Shown here in pieces: positions 27,801 through 40,974 of a stretch of DNA of 64,000 nucleotides. Source of the DNA: Heterodontus francisci (lineage: Eukaryota). The notes beneath the pieces are model-generated. The model saw only the letters and a program-made list of their open reading frames with translations. It made no database searches and was not told the origin of the DNA. A program made the translations under genes and the position numbers. The number at the start of each line of letters is the position of its first letter. Position 1 is the first letter of the stretch. Location: positions 123,985,593 to 124,049,592 of the forward strand of contig NC_090378.1 of NCBI RefSeq assembly GCF_036365525.1, read 5' to 3'.

Positions 27801-30800
27801 CTGGATTGTGAAGTGTGATGTTCCTGAGTACACAGACTGGATTGTGAAGTGTGATGTACCAGAGTACACAGACTGGATTGTGAAGTGTGATGTTCCTGAG
27901 TACACAGACTGGATTGTGAAGTGTGATGTTCATGAGTACACAGACTGGATTGTGAAGTGTGATGTACCTGAGTACACAGATTGGATTGTGAAGTGTGATG
28001 TACCTGAGTACACAGATTGGATTGTGAAGGGTGATGTATCTTAGTACACAGACTGGATTGTAAAGTGTGATGTACCTGAATACACAGACTGGATTGTGAA
28101 GTGTGATATTCAGAGTACACAGAATGGATTGTGAAGTGTGATGTACCTGAGTACACAGACTGGATTGTGAAGTGTGATGTACCTGAGTACACAGACTGGA
28201 TTGTGAGGTGTGATGTACCTGAGTGCACAGACCGGATTGTGAAGTGTAATGTACCTGAGTACACAGACCGGATTGTGAAGTGTGATGTACCTGAGTACAC
28301 AGACCGGATTGTGAAGTGTGATGCACCTGAGTTCACAGACTGGATTGTGAAGTCTGTTGTACCTGAGTACAGAGACTGGATTGTGAAGTGTGATGTACCT
28401 GTGTTCACAGACTGGATTGTGAAGTGTGATGTAGTTGAGTACACAGACTGGATTGTAAAGTGTGATGTACCTGAGTACACAGTCTGGATTGTGAAGTGTG
28501 ATGTACCTGAGTACACAGAATGGATTGTGAATTGTGATGTACCTGAGTACACGGACTGGATTGTGAAGTGTGATGTACCTGAGTGCACAGATTGCATTGT
28601 GAAGTGTGATGTTCTGAGTACACAGACTGGATTGTGAAATGTGATGTACCTGAGTACACGGACTGGATTGCGAAGTGTGATGTACCTGAGTACACAGTCT
28701 GGATTGTGAAGTGTTACATACCTGAGTACACAGATTGCATTGTGAAGTGTGATGTACCTGAGTACACAGAATGGATTGTGAATTGTGATGTACCTGAGTA
28801 CACAGAGTGGATTGTGAAGTGTGATGTACCTGAGTACACAGACTGGATTGTGAAGTGTGATGTACCTGAGTACACAGACTGGTTTGTGAAGTGTGATGTA
28901 CCTGAGTACACAGACTGGATTGTAAAGTGTGATGTACCTGAGTACACAGTCTGGATTGTGAAGTGTGATGTACCTGAGTACACAGAATGGATTGTGAATT
29001 GTGATGTACCTGAGTACACGGACTGGATTGTGAAGTGTGATGTACCTCAGTACACAGACTGGATTGTGAAGTGTGATGTACCTGAGTACACAGACTGGTT
29101 TGTGAAGTGTGATGTACCTGAGTACACAGACTGGATTGTAAAGTGTGATGTACCTGAGTACACAGTCTGGATTGTGAAGTGTGATGTACCTGAGTACACA
29201 GAATGGATTGTGAATTGTGATGTACCTGAGTACACGGACTGGATTGTGAAGTGTGATGTACCTGAGTACACAGAATGGATTGTGAATTGTGATGTACCTG
29301 AGTACACAGAGTGGATTGTGAAGTGTGATGTACCTGAGTGCACAGACAGGATTATGAAGTGTGATGTACCTGAGTACACAGACTGGATTGTGAAATGTGA
29401 TGTACCTGAGTACACGGACTGGATTGCGAAGTGTGACGTACCTGAGTACACAGTCTGGATTGTGAAGTGTTATATACCTGAGTACACAGATTGCATTGTG
29501 AAGTGTGATGTACCTGAGTACACAGAATGGATTGTGAATTGTGATGTACCTGAGTACACAGAGTGGATTGTGAAGTGTGATGTACCTGAGTACACAGACT
29601 GGATTGTGAAGTGTGATGTACCTGAGTACACAGAATGGATTGTGAATTGTGATGTACCTGAGTACACGGACTGGATTGTGAAGTGTGATGTACCTCAGTA
29701 CACAGACTGGATTGTGAAGTGTGATGTACCTGAGTACACAGACTGGTTTGTGAAGTGTGATGTACCTGAGTACACAGACTGGATTGTAAAGTGTGATGTA
29801 CCTGAGTACACAGTCTGGATTGTGAAGTGTGATGTACCTGAGTACACAGAATGGATTGTGAATTGTGATGTACCTGAGTACACGGACTGGATTGTGAAGT
29901 GTGATGTACCTGAGTACACAGAATGGATTGTGAATTGTGATGTACCTGAGTACACAGAGTGGATTGTGAAGTGTGATGTACCTGAGTGCACAGACAGGAT
30001 TATGAAGTGTGATGTACCTGAGTACACAGACTGGATTGTGAAATGTGATGTACCTGAGTACACGGACTGGATTGCGAAGTGTGACGTACCTGAGTACACA
30101 GTCTGGATTGTGAAGTGTTATATACCTGAGTACACAGATTGCATTGTGAAGTGTGATGTACCTGAGTACACAGAATGGATTGTGAATTGTGATGTACCTG
30201 AGTACACAGAGTGGATTGTGAAGTGTGATGTACCTGAGTACACAGACTGGATTGTGAAGTGTGATGTTCCTGAGTACACAGACTGGTTTGTGAAGTGTGA
30301 TGTACCTGAGTACAGAGACTGGATTGTGAAGTGTGATGTACCTGAGTTCACGGACTGGATTGTGAAGTGTGATATACCTGAGTATACAGATTGGATTGTG
30401 AACGGTGATGTCTCTGAGTACACAGTCCGTATTGTGAAGTGTGATATACCTGAGTACACAGACTGGATTGTGAAGTGTGATGTACCTGAGTACACAGATT
30501 GGATTGTGAACGGTGATGTCTCTGAGTACACAGTCCGTATTGTGAAGTGTGATATACCTGAGTACACAGTCTGGATTGTGAAGTGTGATATACCTGAGTA
30601 CACAGACTGGATTGTGAAGTGTGATGTACCTGAGTGCACAGATTGCATTGTGAAGTGTGATGTACCTGAGTACACAGAATGGATTGTGAATTGTGATGTA
30701 CCTGAGTACACAGAGTGGATTGTGAAGTGTGATGTACCTGAGTGCACAGATAGGATTGTGAAGTGTGATGTACCTGAGTACACAGACTGGATTGTGAAAT

Positions 30801-31582
30801 GTGATGTACCTGAGTACACGGACTGGATTGCGAAGTGTGATGTACCTGAGTACACTGTCTGGATTGTGAAGTGTTATATACCTGAGTACACAGATTGCAT
30901 TGTGAAGTGTGATGTACCTGAGTACACAGACTGGATTGTGAAGTGTGATGTATCTGATTGCACAGACTGGATTGTGAAGTGTGATGTATCTGAATACACT
31001 GACTGAATTGTGCAGTGTGATGCATCTGATTGCACAGACTGGATTGTGAAGTGTGATGTATCAGAGTACACAGACTGGATTGTGAAGTGTGATGTATCTG
31101 AGTACACAGACTGGATTGTGAAGTGCGATGTACCTGAGTACACAGAGTGGAATGTGTCGTGTGATGTACCTGAGTACACAGACCGGATTGTGAAGTGTGA
31201 TGTACCTGAGTACACAGACCGGATTGTGATGTGTGATGTACCTGAGGACACAGACCGGATTGTGAAGTGTGATGTTTCTGAGTACACAGACTGGATTATG
31301 AAGTGTGATGTACCTGAGTACACAGACCGGATTGTGAAGTGTGATGTATCTGAGTACACAGACTGGATTGTGAATTGTGATGTATCTGAGTACACAGACT
31401 GGGTTGTGAAGTGTGATGTACCTGAGTACACAGACTGGATAGTGAAGTGTGATGCACCTGAGTACACAGACTGGATTGTGAAGTGTGTTGTATCTGAGTA
31501 CACAGACTGGATTGTGAAGTGTGATGTATCTGAGTACACAGACTGGATTGTGAAGTGTGATGTTCCTGAGTACACAGACTGG
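21825..31582. repeat. 36-bp tandem satellite (GATTGTGAAGTGTGATGTACCTGAGTACACAGACTG), about 270 copies
   Basis: Direct periodicity of 36 with no spacers; block duplications visible. Confidence 0.99.
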
Positions 31583-31820
31583 AGAGCAGAGAGAGGGCTC
31601 TCAGTGTTCCCATTGTGACACTGGAGACATTAATAGAGGAGGTACAAAGGAGTAGAGAATCAATGTTTGCACAAGGAGCCAGGAGGCCCTCAAAGCAAAA
31701 TGCTGAGAAGAGAATGGGAGCGATGACCAGGGAGGTCAATTCCTGCAGTCTGGACCTGAGGACCTGACAGTAATGTCGTGGGAAGTTCAGTGACCTCACA
31801 GGGGTGGTCAAGGTCAGTGA
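31583..31820 (+). mobile_element. Second Harbinger Myb/SANT-like ORF relic
   Basis: LETLIEEVQRSRESMF...REVNSCS..RT..CRGKFSDLTGVVKV, homologous to 16894-17135. Confidence 0.7.
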
Positions 31821-33186
31821 ATGTATCTTCACAGGACATCTCCCACCAAGCACAGCACCAACCTCTCCTGCTGCTCATTGTACCAAACCCCCATCACTCA
31901 CCCAGTAACAATCCCTGGCACTCAGGACTCACTCATGGCAGTCAGATTCTCCACCTCATCCTCACACTCCCACCAATGCCTCCTGACCACCCCGCACACA
32001 CCCCACCCTCCCCCCACTCCGAGGATCCATAATGTCTTTCTTCCTAACCACCTTCACCGCTGATGCCTCCAGCATCACATCCATCATGCCAGCATTCAGT
32101 TTGAAACCATTTCAATTGCATTAATATTATTCAGTTCAGATTTCCTTTAAAAGGGACAGCCTGCCGTTAAGAAGAGCAGGCTGACTGCAAAACATGGGTC
32201 AGGAGTTTATCCAGGTGACAGGGTCCCGACTCCAGCAAAAGACCCACCAAGAGCCCCGCTTTACTCCTTCTGTGGGAGGCTCACCAAATAAAGTACCAAT
32301 TAGGCGCGTAACTGGACAGCAGTGGACCTTTCCTGGGATCAAGGACCACACTGAAGTCCCGCCCTCTGAGAACTGCCGGCCAATCAGAGGAACTGAGCAA
32401 CGCCACAGTGGAGGCAGTGGCTGCTGACAGTGGAGAACCAACCCGAGGCCTCGGAGCGGTGCAGGAACCAGGTCACAGGTAGGTCAGGGCAGGAGTGGTT
32501 CCGCGGGGTGGGGGTCATATGGGAGAGGTGTGTAGGGGGGTCAGCATCAAGGGAAGGGGGGTTGACTCTCAGCGGGCCCCCATTCCCGATACTGGGTTCC
32601 GTGTTCAGGCACTAAGTGTCTTTTAACAAGGGACTCTCCCCTCCCCAAACGGAGCCAGGAAGCAACTCGCACGGTTTTCCTTGTCATGCTCCCCGTGTGG
32701 TGACAGGCCCCGCCCACAGCTGGGCTAATTGTGGTGGCAGTGCAATGAGGTAATTGGGAATTAATTACCCTCTAAAGGGCCTTAATTGGCGGTGGTCCCT
32801 CCCCCGTCACCATCCCACCCCATTATCGGCTCTCCCACCTCCAAACCCGTCATGGGGGAGGGAATAAAAGTCCCCCCATGGTTTGTGAACAACACGACTG
32901 AGACCGCCTGAGGAACACAGAGACTGTCATCAGTGTCTGTAAACAATTTCTAATCATCTTGTTCACATCTTGTTTACTCAATTCTGCTTTTTGGTAAAAT
33001 ATAAAATCTACATCTCAACATTGTCCAACTTTAGCACAGCCTGTCTGTATATATTACTCAGCAGGATATATCTTCACTGAGAAGGAGACCTTTTTAACTA
33101 TAATAATGACACATCTCTGATAATCATCTTCATAATTCTTTTATTGTATCTTTCATCCATTCTGTGTTTATTTGCAGAAAGCTCTG

Positions 33187-33900
33187 GAGGGAGGGATGGA
33201 GATCAGATAGAGGGAGGGATGGAGATCAGATAGAGGGAGTGATGGAGCTCAGATAGAGGGAGGGATGGAGATCAGATAGAGGGAGGGATGGAGCTCAGAT
33301 AGAGGGAGGGATGGAGCTCAGATAGAGGGAGGGATGGAGCTCAGATAGAGGGAGGGATGGAGATCAGATAGAGGGAGGGATGGAGATCAGATAGAGGGAG
33401 GGATGGAGCTCAGACAGAGGGAGGGATGGAGATCAGATAGAGGGAGGGATGGAGCTCAGATAGAGGGAAGGATGGAGATCAGATAGAGGGAGGGATGGAG
33501 CTCAGATAGAGGGAGGGATGGAGATCAGATAGAGGGAGGGATGGATCTCAGAAAGAGGGAGGGATGGAGCTCAGATAGAGGGAGGGATGGAGATCAGATA
33601 GAGGGAGGGATGGAGCTCAGATAGAGGGAGGGATGGAGGTCAGATAGAGGGAGGGATGGAGATCAGATAGAGGGAGGGATGGAGATCAGATAGAGAGAGG
33701 GATGGAGGTCAGATAGAGGGAGGGATGGAGGTCAGATAGAGGGAGGGATGGAGGTCAGATAGAGGGAGGGATGGAGGTCAGATAGAGGGAGGGATGGAGG
33801 TCAGATAGAGGGAGGCATGGAGGTCAGATAGAGGGAGGGATGGAGATCAGATAGAGAGAGGGATGGAGGTCAGATAGAGGGAGGGATGGAGGTCAGGGAG
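33187..33900. repeat. 23-bp purine-rich tandem repeat (AGAGGGAGGGATGGAG(C/A/G)TCAGAT), about 31 copies
   Basis: GATGGAG recurs at 33241, 33264 etc. Confidence 0.96.
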
Positions 33901-34006
33901 GTGTGTATCTCTTCACCAATCCATGCAGCTCCCTGCTCCCCCATCCTGAGGTCGGACTCCACGATTACATTTTGATGGTTTTCACCTTGTACTTTTTACT
34001 GATATG

Positions 34007-37000
34007 ATGGATGAACGGAGCCCTGGCTGGAGACTGTACTGGATGAATGGAGCCCTGGCTGGAGACTGCACTGGATGAATGGAGCCCTGGCTAGAGACTG
34101 CACTGGATGAATGGAGCCCTGACTGGAGACTGCACTGGATGAATGGAGCCCTGGCTAGAGACTGCACTGGATGAATGGAGCCCTGACTGGAGACTGCACT
34201 GGATGAATGGAGCCCTGGCTAGAGACTGCACTGGATGAATGGAGCCCTGGCTGGAGACTGAACTGGATGAACGGAGCCCTGGCTAGAGACTGAACTGGAT
34301 GAACGGAGCCCTGGCTAGAGACTGCACTGGATGAATGGAGCCCTGACTGGAGACTGAACTGGATGAACGGAGCCCTGGCTAGAGACTGCACTGGATGAAT
34401 GGAGCCCTGGCTGGAGACTGCACTGGATGAATGGAGCCCTGGCTAGAGACTGCACTGGATGAATGGAGCCCTGACTGGAGACTGCACTGGATGAATGGAG
34501 CCCTGGCTAGAGACTGCACTGGATGAATGGAGCCCTGGCTAGAGACTGCACTGGATGAATGGAGCCCTGGCTGGAGACTGCACTGGATGAATGGAGCCCT
34601 GGCTAGAGACTGCACTGGATGAATGGAGCTCTGGCTGGAGACTGCACTGGATGAATGGAGCCTTGGCAGGTGACGGCACTGGATGAATGGAGCCCTGGCT
34701 AGAGACTGCACTGGATGAATGGAGCCCTGGCTGGAGACTGCACTGGATGAATGGAGCCCTGGCTAGAGACTGCACTGGATGAATGGAGCCCTGGCTAGAG
34801 ACTGCACTGGATGAATGGAGCCCTGGCTGGAGACTGCACTGGATGAATGGAGCCCTGGCTAGAGACTGCACTGGATGAATGGAGCCCTGGCTAGAGACTG
34901 CACTGGATGAATGGAGCCCTGGCTGGAGACTGCACTGGATGAATGGAGCCCTGGCTAGAGACTGCCCTGGATGAATGGAGCTCTGGCTGGAGACTGCACT
35001 GGATGAATGGAGCCTTGGCAGGTGACGGCACTGGATGAATGGAGCCCTGGCTAGAGACTGCACTGGATGAATGGAGCCCTGGCTGGAGACTGCACTGGAT
35101 GAATGGAGCCCTGGCTAGAGACTGCACTGGATGAATGGAGCCCTGGCTGGAGACTGCACTGGATGAATGGAGCCCTGGCTGGAGACTGCACTGGATGAAT
35201 GGAGCCCTGGCTGGAGACTGCACTGGATGAATGGAGCCCTGGCTAGAGACTGCACTGGATGAATGGAGCCCTGGCTAGAGACTGCACTGGATGAATGGAG
35301 CCTGACTGGAGACTGCACTGGATGAATGGAGCCCTGGCTGGAGACTGCACTGGATGAATGGAGCCCTGGCTAGAGACTGCACTGGATGAATGGAGCCCTG
35401 ACTGGAGACTGCACTGGATGAATGGAGCCCTGGCAAGAGACTGCACTGGATGAATGGAGCCCTGGCTAGAGACTGCACTGGATGAATGGAGCCCTGGCTG
35501 GAGACTGCACTGGATGAATGGAGCCCTGGCTAGAGACTGCACTGGATGAATGGAGCTCTGGCTGGAGACTGCACTGGATGAATGGAGCCTTGGCAGGTGA
35601 CGGCACTGGATGAATGGAGCCCTGGCTAGAGACTGCACTGGATGAATGGAGCCCTGGCTGGAGACTGCACTGGATGAATGGAGCCCTGGCTAGAGACTGC
35701 ACTGGATGAATGGAGCCCTGGCTAGAGACTGCACTGGATGAATGGAGCCCTGGCTGGAGACTGCACTGGATGAATGGAGCCCTGGCTAGAGACTGCACTG
35801 GATGAATGGAGCCCTGGCTAGAGACTGCACTGGATGAATGGAGCCCTGGCTGGAGACTGCACTGGATGAATGGAGCCCTGGCTAGAGACTGCACTGGATG
35901 AATGGAGCTCTGGCTGGAGACTGCACTGGATGAATGGAGCCTTGGCAGGTGACGGCACTGGATGAATGGAGCCCTGGCTAGAGACTGCACTGGATGAATG
36001 GAGCCCTGGCTAGAGACTGCACTGGATGAATGGAGCCCTGGCTGGAGACTGCACTGGATGAATGGAGCCCTGGCTGGAGACTGCATTGGATGAATGGAGC
36101 CCTGGCTAGAGACTGCACTGGATGAATGGAGCCCTGGCTGGAGACTGCACTGGATGAATGGAGCCCTGGCTGGAGACTGCACTGGATGAATGGAGCCTTG
36201 GCTGGAGACGGCACTGGATGAATGGAGCACTGGCTGGAGACTGCACTGGATGAATGGAGCTCTGGCTGAAGACTGCAATGGATGAATGGAGCCCTGGCTG
36301 GAGACTGCACTGGATGAATGGAGCCCTGTCTGGAGACTGCAATGGATGAATGGAGCCCTGGCTGGAGACTGCACTGGATGAATGGAGCCCTGGCTAGAGA
36401 CTGCACTCGATGAAATGAGCCCTGGCTGGAGACTGCACTGCATGAATGGAGCCCTGGCTAGAGACTGCACTGAATGAATGGAGCCTTGGCTGGAGATGGC
36501 ACTGGATGAGTGGAGCCCAGGCTGGAGACTGCACTGGATGAATGGAGCCCTGGCTGGAGACTGCACTGGATGAATGGAGCCCTGGCTCGAGACTGCACTG
36601 GATGAATGGATCCCTGACTGGAGACGGCACTGGATGAATCGAGCCCTGGCTGAAGAATGAACTGGATGAATGGAGCCCTGACTGGAGACGGCACTGGACG
36701 AACGGAGCCCTGACTGGGGACTGCACTGGATGAATGGAGCCCTGGCTGGAGACTGCACTGGATGAATGGAGCCTTGACCGGAGACGGCACTGGCTGAATG
36801 GAGCCCTGGTTGGAGACTGAACGGGATGAATGGAGCCCTGACTGGAGATGCCACTGGATGAACGGAGCCCTGACTGGAGACTGCACTGGATGAATGGAGC
36901 CCTGGCTGGAGACTGCACTGGATGAATGGAGCCTTGACCGGAGACTGCACTGGATGAATGGAGCCCTGGCTGGAGACTGCACTGGATGAATGGAGCCCTG

Positions 37001-39635
37001 ACTGGAGACGGCACTGGATGAATCGAGCCCTGGCTGACGACTGAACTGGATGAATGGAGCCCTGACATGAGACGGCACTGGATGAATGGAGCCCTGACTG
37101 GAGACTGCACTGGATGAATGGAGCCTTGACCGGAGACTGCACTGGATGAATGGAGCCCTGACTGGAGACTGCACTGGAGGAATGGAGCCCTCGCTGAAGA
37201 CCGAACTGGATGAATGGAGACCGGACTTGAGACGGCACTGGATGAATCGAGCCCTGGCTGAAGACTGAACTTGATGATTGGAGCCCTGGCTGGAGACGGC
37301 ACTGGATGATCGGAGCCCTGGCTGGAGACTGCACTGGATGAATGGAGGGCTGGCTGGAGACTGCATTGGATGAATGGAGCCCTGGCTGCAGACGGCACTG
37401 GATGAATTGAGCCCTGGCTGTAGACGGCACTGGATGAATGGAGCCCTGGCTGGAGATGGCACTGGATGAATGGAGCCCTGGCTGGAGACTGCACTGGATG
37501 AATGGAGCCCTGACTGGAGACTGCACTGGATGAATTGAGCCCTGGCTGGAGACTGACTGCATGAATGGAGCCCTGGCTAGAGACTGCACTGAATGAATGG
37601 AGCCTTGGCTGGAGACGGCACTGGATGAATGGAGCCCTGGCTGGAGACTGCACTGGATGAATGGAGCCCTGGCTGGAGACTGCACTGAATGAATGGAGCC
37701 CTGGCTCGAGACTGCACTGGAGGAATGGAGCCCTGGCTGGAGACTGCACTGGATGAATGGAGCCCTGGCTCGAGACTGCACTGGATGAATGGAGCCCTGA
37801 CTGGAGACGGCACTGGATGAATCGAGCCCTGGCTGAAGACTGAACTGGATGAATGGAGCCCTGACTTGAGACGGCACTGGACGAACGGAGCCCTGACTGG
37901 AGACTGCACTGGATGAATGGAGCCCTGGCTGGAGACTGCACTGGATAAATGGAGCCTTGACCGGAGACGGCACTGGATGAATGGAGCCCTGGCTGGAGAC
38001 GGAACTGGATGAATGGAGCCCTGACTGGAGACGCCACTGGATGAACGGAGCCCTGACTGGAGACTGCACTGGATGAATGGAGCCCTGGCTTGAGACTGCA
38101 CTGGATGAATGGAGCCTTGACCGGAGACTGCACTGGATGAATGGAGCCCTGGCTGGAGACTGCACTGGATGAATGTAGCCCTGACTGGAGACAGCACTGG
38201 ATGAATCGAGCCCTGGCTGAAGACTGAACTGGATGAATGGAGCCCTGACATGAGACGGCACTGGATGAATGGAGCCCTGACTGGAGACTGCACTGGATGA
38301 ATGGAGCCTTGACCGGAGACTGCACTGGATGAATGGAGCCCTGACTGGAGACTGCACTGGAGGAATGGAGCCCTCGCTGAAGACCGAACTGGATGAATGG
38401 AGACCTGACTTGAGATGGCACTGGATGAATCGAGCCCTGACTGAAGACTGAACTTGATGATTGGAGCCCTGGCTGGAGACCGCACTGGATGAATGGAGCC
38501 CTGGCTGAAGACTTAACTGGATGAATGGAGCCCTGGCTGGAGGCTGCACTGGATGAATGGAGCCCTGGCTGGAGACTGCACTGGATGAATGGAGGGCTGG
38601 CTGGAGACTGCACTGGATGAATGGAGCCCTGGCTGCAGACGGCACTGGATGAATTGAGCCCTGGCTGAAGACGGCACTGGATGAATGGGGCCCTGGCTGG
38701 AGATGGCACTGGATGAATGGAGCCCTGGCTGGAGACTGCACTGGATGAATGGAGCCCTGACTGGAGACTGCACTGGATGAATTGAGCCCTGGCTGGAGAC
38801 TGCACTGCATGAATGGAGCCCTGGCTAGAGACTGCACTGAATGAATGGAGCCTTGGCTGGAGATGGCACTGGATGAATGGGGCCCTGGCTGGAGACTGCA
38901 CTGGTTGAATGGAGCCCTGGCTGGAGACTGCACTCGATGAATGGAGCCCTGGCTCGAGACTGCACTGGATGAATGGAGCCCTGACTGGAGACGGCACTGG
39001 ATGAATCGAGCCCTGGCTGAAGACTGAACTGGATGAATGGAGCCCTGACTGGAGACGGCACTGGATGAACGGAGCCCTGACTGGAGACTGCACTGGATGA
39101 ATGGAGCCATGGCTAGAGACTGCACTGGATGTTTGGAGCCTTGACCGGAGACTGCACTGGATGAATGGAGTCCTGGCTGAAGACAAAACTGGATGAATGG
39201 AGCCCTGACTGGAGACGGCACTGGATGAACGGAGCCCTGACTGGAGACTGCACTGGATGAATGGAGCCCTGGCTGGAGACGGCACTGGATCAACGGAGCC
39301 CTTACTGGAGACTGCACTGGATGAATGGAGCCCTGACTGGAGACTGCACTGGATGAATGGAGCCCTGGCTGGAGACGGCACTGGATGAACGGAGCCCTGA
39401 CTGGAGACTGCACTGGATGAATGGAGCCCCGGCTGGAGACTGCACTGGATGAATTGTGCTCTGGCTGGAGACTGCACTGGATGAATGGATCCCTGGCTGG
39501 AGACTGCACTGGATGAATGGAGCCCCGGATGGAGACTGCATTGGATGAATGGAGCCCTGGCTGGCGTCTGCACTGGATGAATGGAGCCCCGGTTGGAGAC
39601 TGCACTGGATGAATTGCACTCTGTCTGGAGACTGA
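34007..39635. repeat. 32-bp tandem satellite (GGATGAATGGAGCCCTGGCTGGAGACTGCACT), about 175 copies
   Basis: Direct periodicity of 32; homogeneous left part, more diverged right part. Confidence 0.99.
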
Positions 39636-39769
39636 TGAGTATAAACGTTACTGCAAACACTGAGCCATGGCTGATACTTTACATGCAGCAAGGGTTCGAG
39701 TGTAATTCCACTATTGTATTAGAAATTGGGCAGGAACAGGCGCACTCCAGATCTATAGACTCCTGTCTT

Positions 39770-40205
39770 CAATGACTGAGCATCCACTGCTCTCTGGGAA
39801 ACAGAATTCCAAAGATTCACAACCCCTTGAGTGAAGAACTTTCTCCTGATCTCAATCCGAAATGGCCGACCCCTTATTCTGAGACTGTGACCCCTTGTTC
39901 TAGATTCCCCAGCCAGGGGAAAACATCCTCCCAGTATCTACCCTGTCAGTCACATTAAAAATTGTATATCTTTCAATCAGATCACCTCTCATTCTTCTAC
40001 ATTTCAGGGAATAATATCCCAGTCGACTCAATCTCTCCTCATAGGACAATCCCCTCATCCCAGGAATCAGTCTGGTGAATCTTTGCTGCTCTCCTTCCAA
40101 GGTCAGAATATCCTTCCTTTGGTAAAGAGACCAAAACTGTCCACAGTTCTCCAGGTGTGGTCTCAGCAAGGTCCGATCCAACTGCAATAAGACTTCTTCA
40201 CTCTT
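39770..40205 (-). mobile_element. CR1 3' fragment
   Basis: LLRPHLENCGQFWS...QRFTRLIPGMRGLSYEERL...RMRGDLIE. Confidence 0.85.
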
Positions 40206-40636
40206 CCATGTACAGGAGCTGACACAGAGTCTCTGTCTCCATCTCACTCCCTCTCACTCCCTCTCTCTCTCTCTCCATCTCAGTCCCTCTCACTCCCTCT
40301 CTCTCTCTCTCCATCTCACTCTCTCTTTTTCTCTCTCTCAATCTCTGTCCCGTCTTCTACCTCTGAAGGTGTTCTATGGGTGTGAGTGTTTAATATAAGG
40401 TGGTGTTTGTCAGTATATTTTCACTGCCGTATGATTTATGAACATGGTGAGAGGGGATTAGGGATCTGTTCTTTGATGTGAGGCAGTGATGTCTGTCCTA
40501 GTGACTCAGACTGTGATGCTGTTGTTTTCTGTGACTGACACTATGATATCGATTGTAATTTCACTCAGTGTGACAGGAGGTTACATGGCTTGATCAGTGG
40601 TGAGGGCGGAGCAGACTGAACAAGGAGCTGTCATCA

Positions 40637-40727
40637 TCAGTCACTGCCGAACACCTTCACACACACCGCACAGTCCGGAAACTTCTTCACTAAATATTCT
40701 TTCAGCTCCTTAATTACAGCCCTGGAC
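40637..40727 (-). CDS. Putative orphan coding exon (probably terminal) of an unidentified gene: (R)SRAVIKELKEYLVKKFPDCAVCVKVFGSD*
   Basis: Long polypyrimidine tract plus CAG acceptor (revcomp of about 40728-40750); only one of three frames is open; it ends in TGA TGA TGA; minus-strand ATTAAA at 40389-40394. No upstream exons found. Confidence 0.45.
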
Positions 40728-40974
40728 CTGAAAAAGGGAAAAAGAGAAAGACATCTTTTAGAGAGGGTCCTGGACACAATGTAGACTGTGCATTACCCAC
40801 TAATGACACTACGTCCACATTTAACTCATTGTTTAAACTCCAGCACACCTCCTGTTCCAATCCACATGTTTCAGCCAAAAAGCAGTATAATTCTACAGCA
40901 CAGGAGGAGGCCGTTCAGCCCCTCGTCTCTCTGCCAGCTGTTTGCTCGAGTAATTCACGACTAACATCTCAGTT

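Noticed and set aside
21825-31582. CRISPR-like 36-bp repeat, or giant repetitive proteins (1755 and 1862 aa; KCDVPEYTDWIV repeats)
   Set aside because: Units are head-to-tail with no spacers, there are no cas genes and the context is vertebrate. Several frames are open at once because the 36-bp unit lacks stops; single-base indels are tolerated and there are no splice or start signals.
33960-34005. Short minus-strand frame SKKYKVKTIKM* between two satellites
   Set aside because: No convincing splice acceptor or recognisable homology; too short to support.
34007-39691. 1379-aa and 1088-aa minus-strand ORFs
   Set aside because: Translation artefacts of a stop-poor 32-bp satellite.
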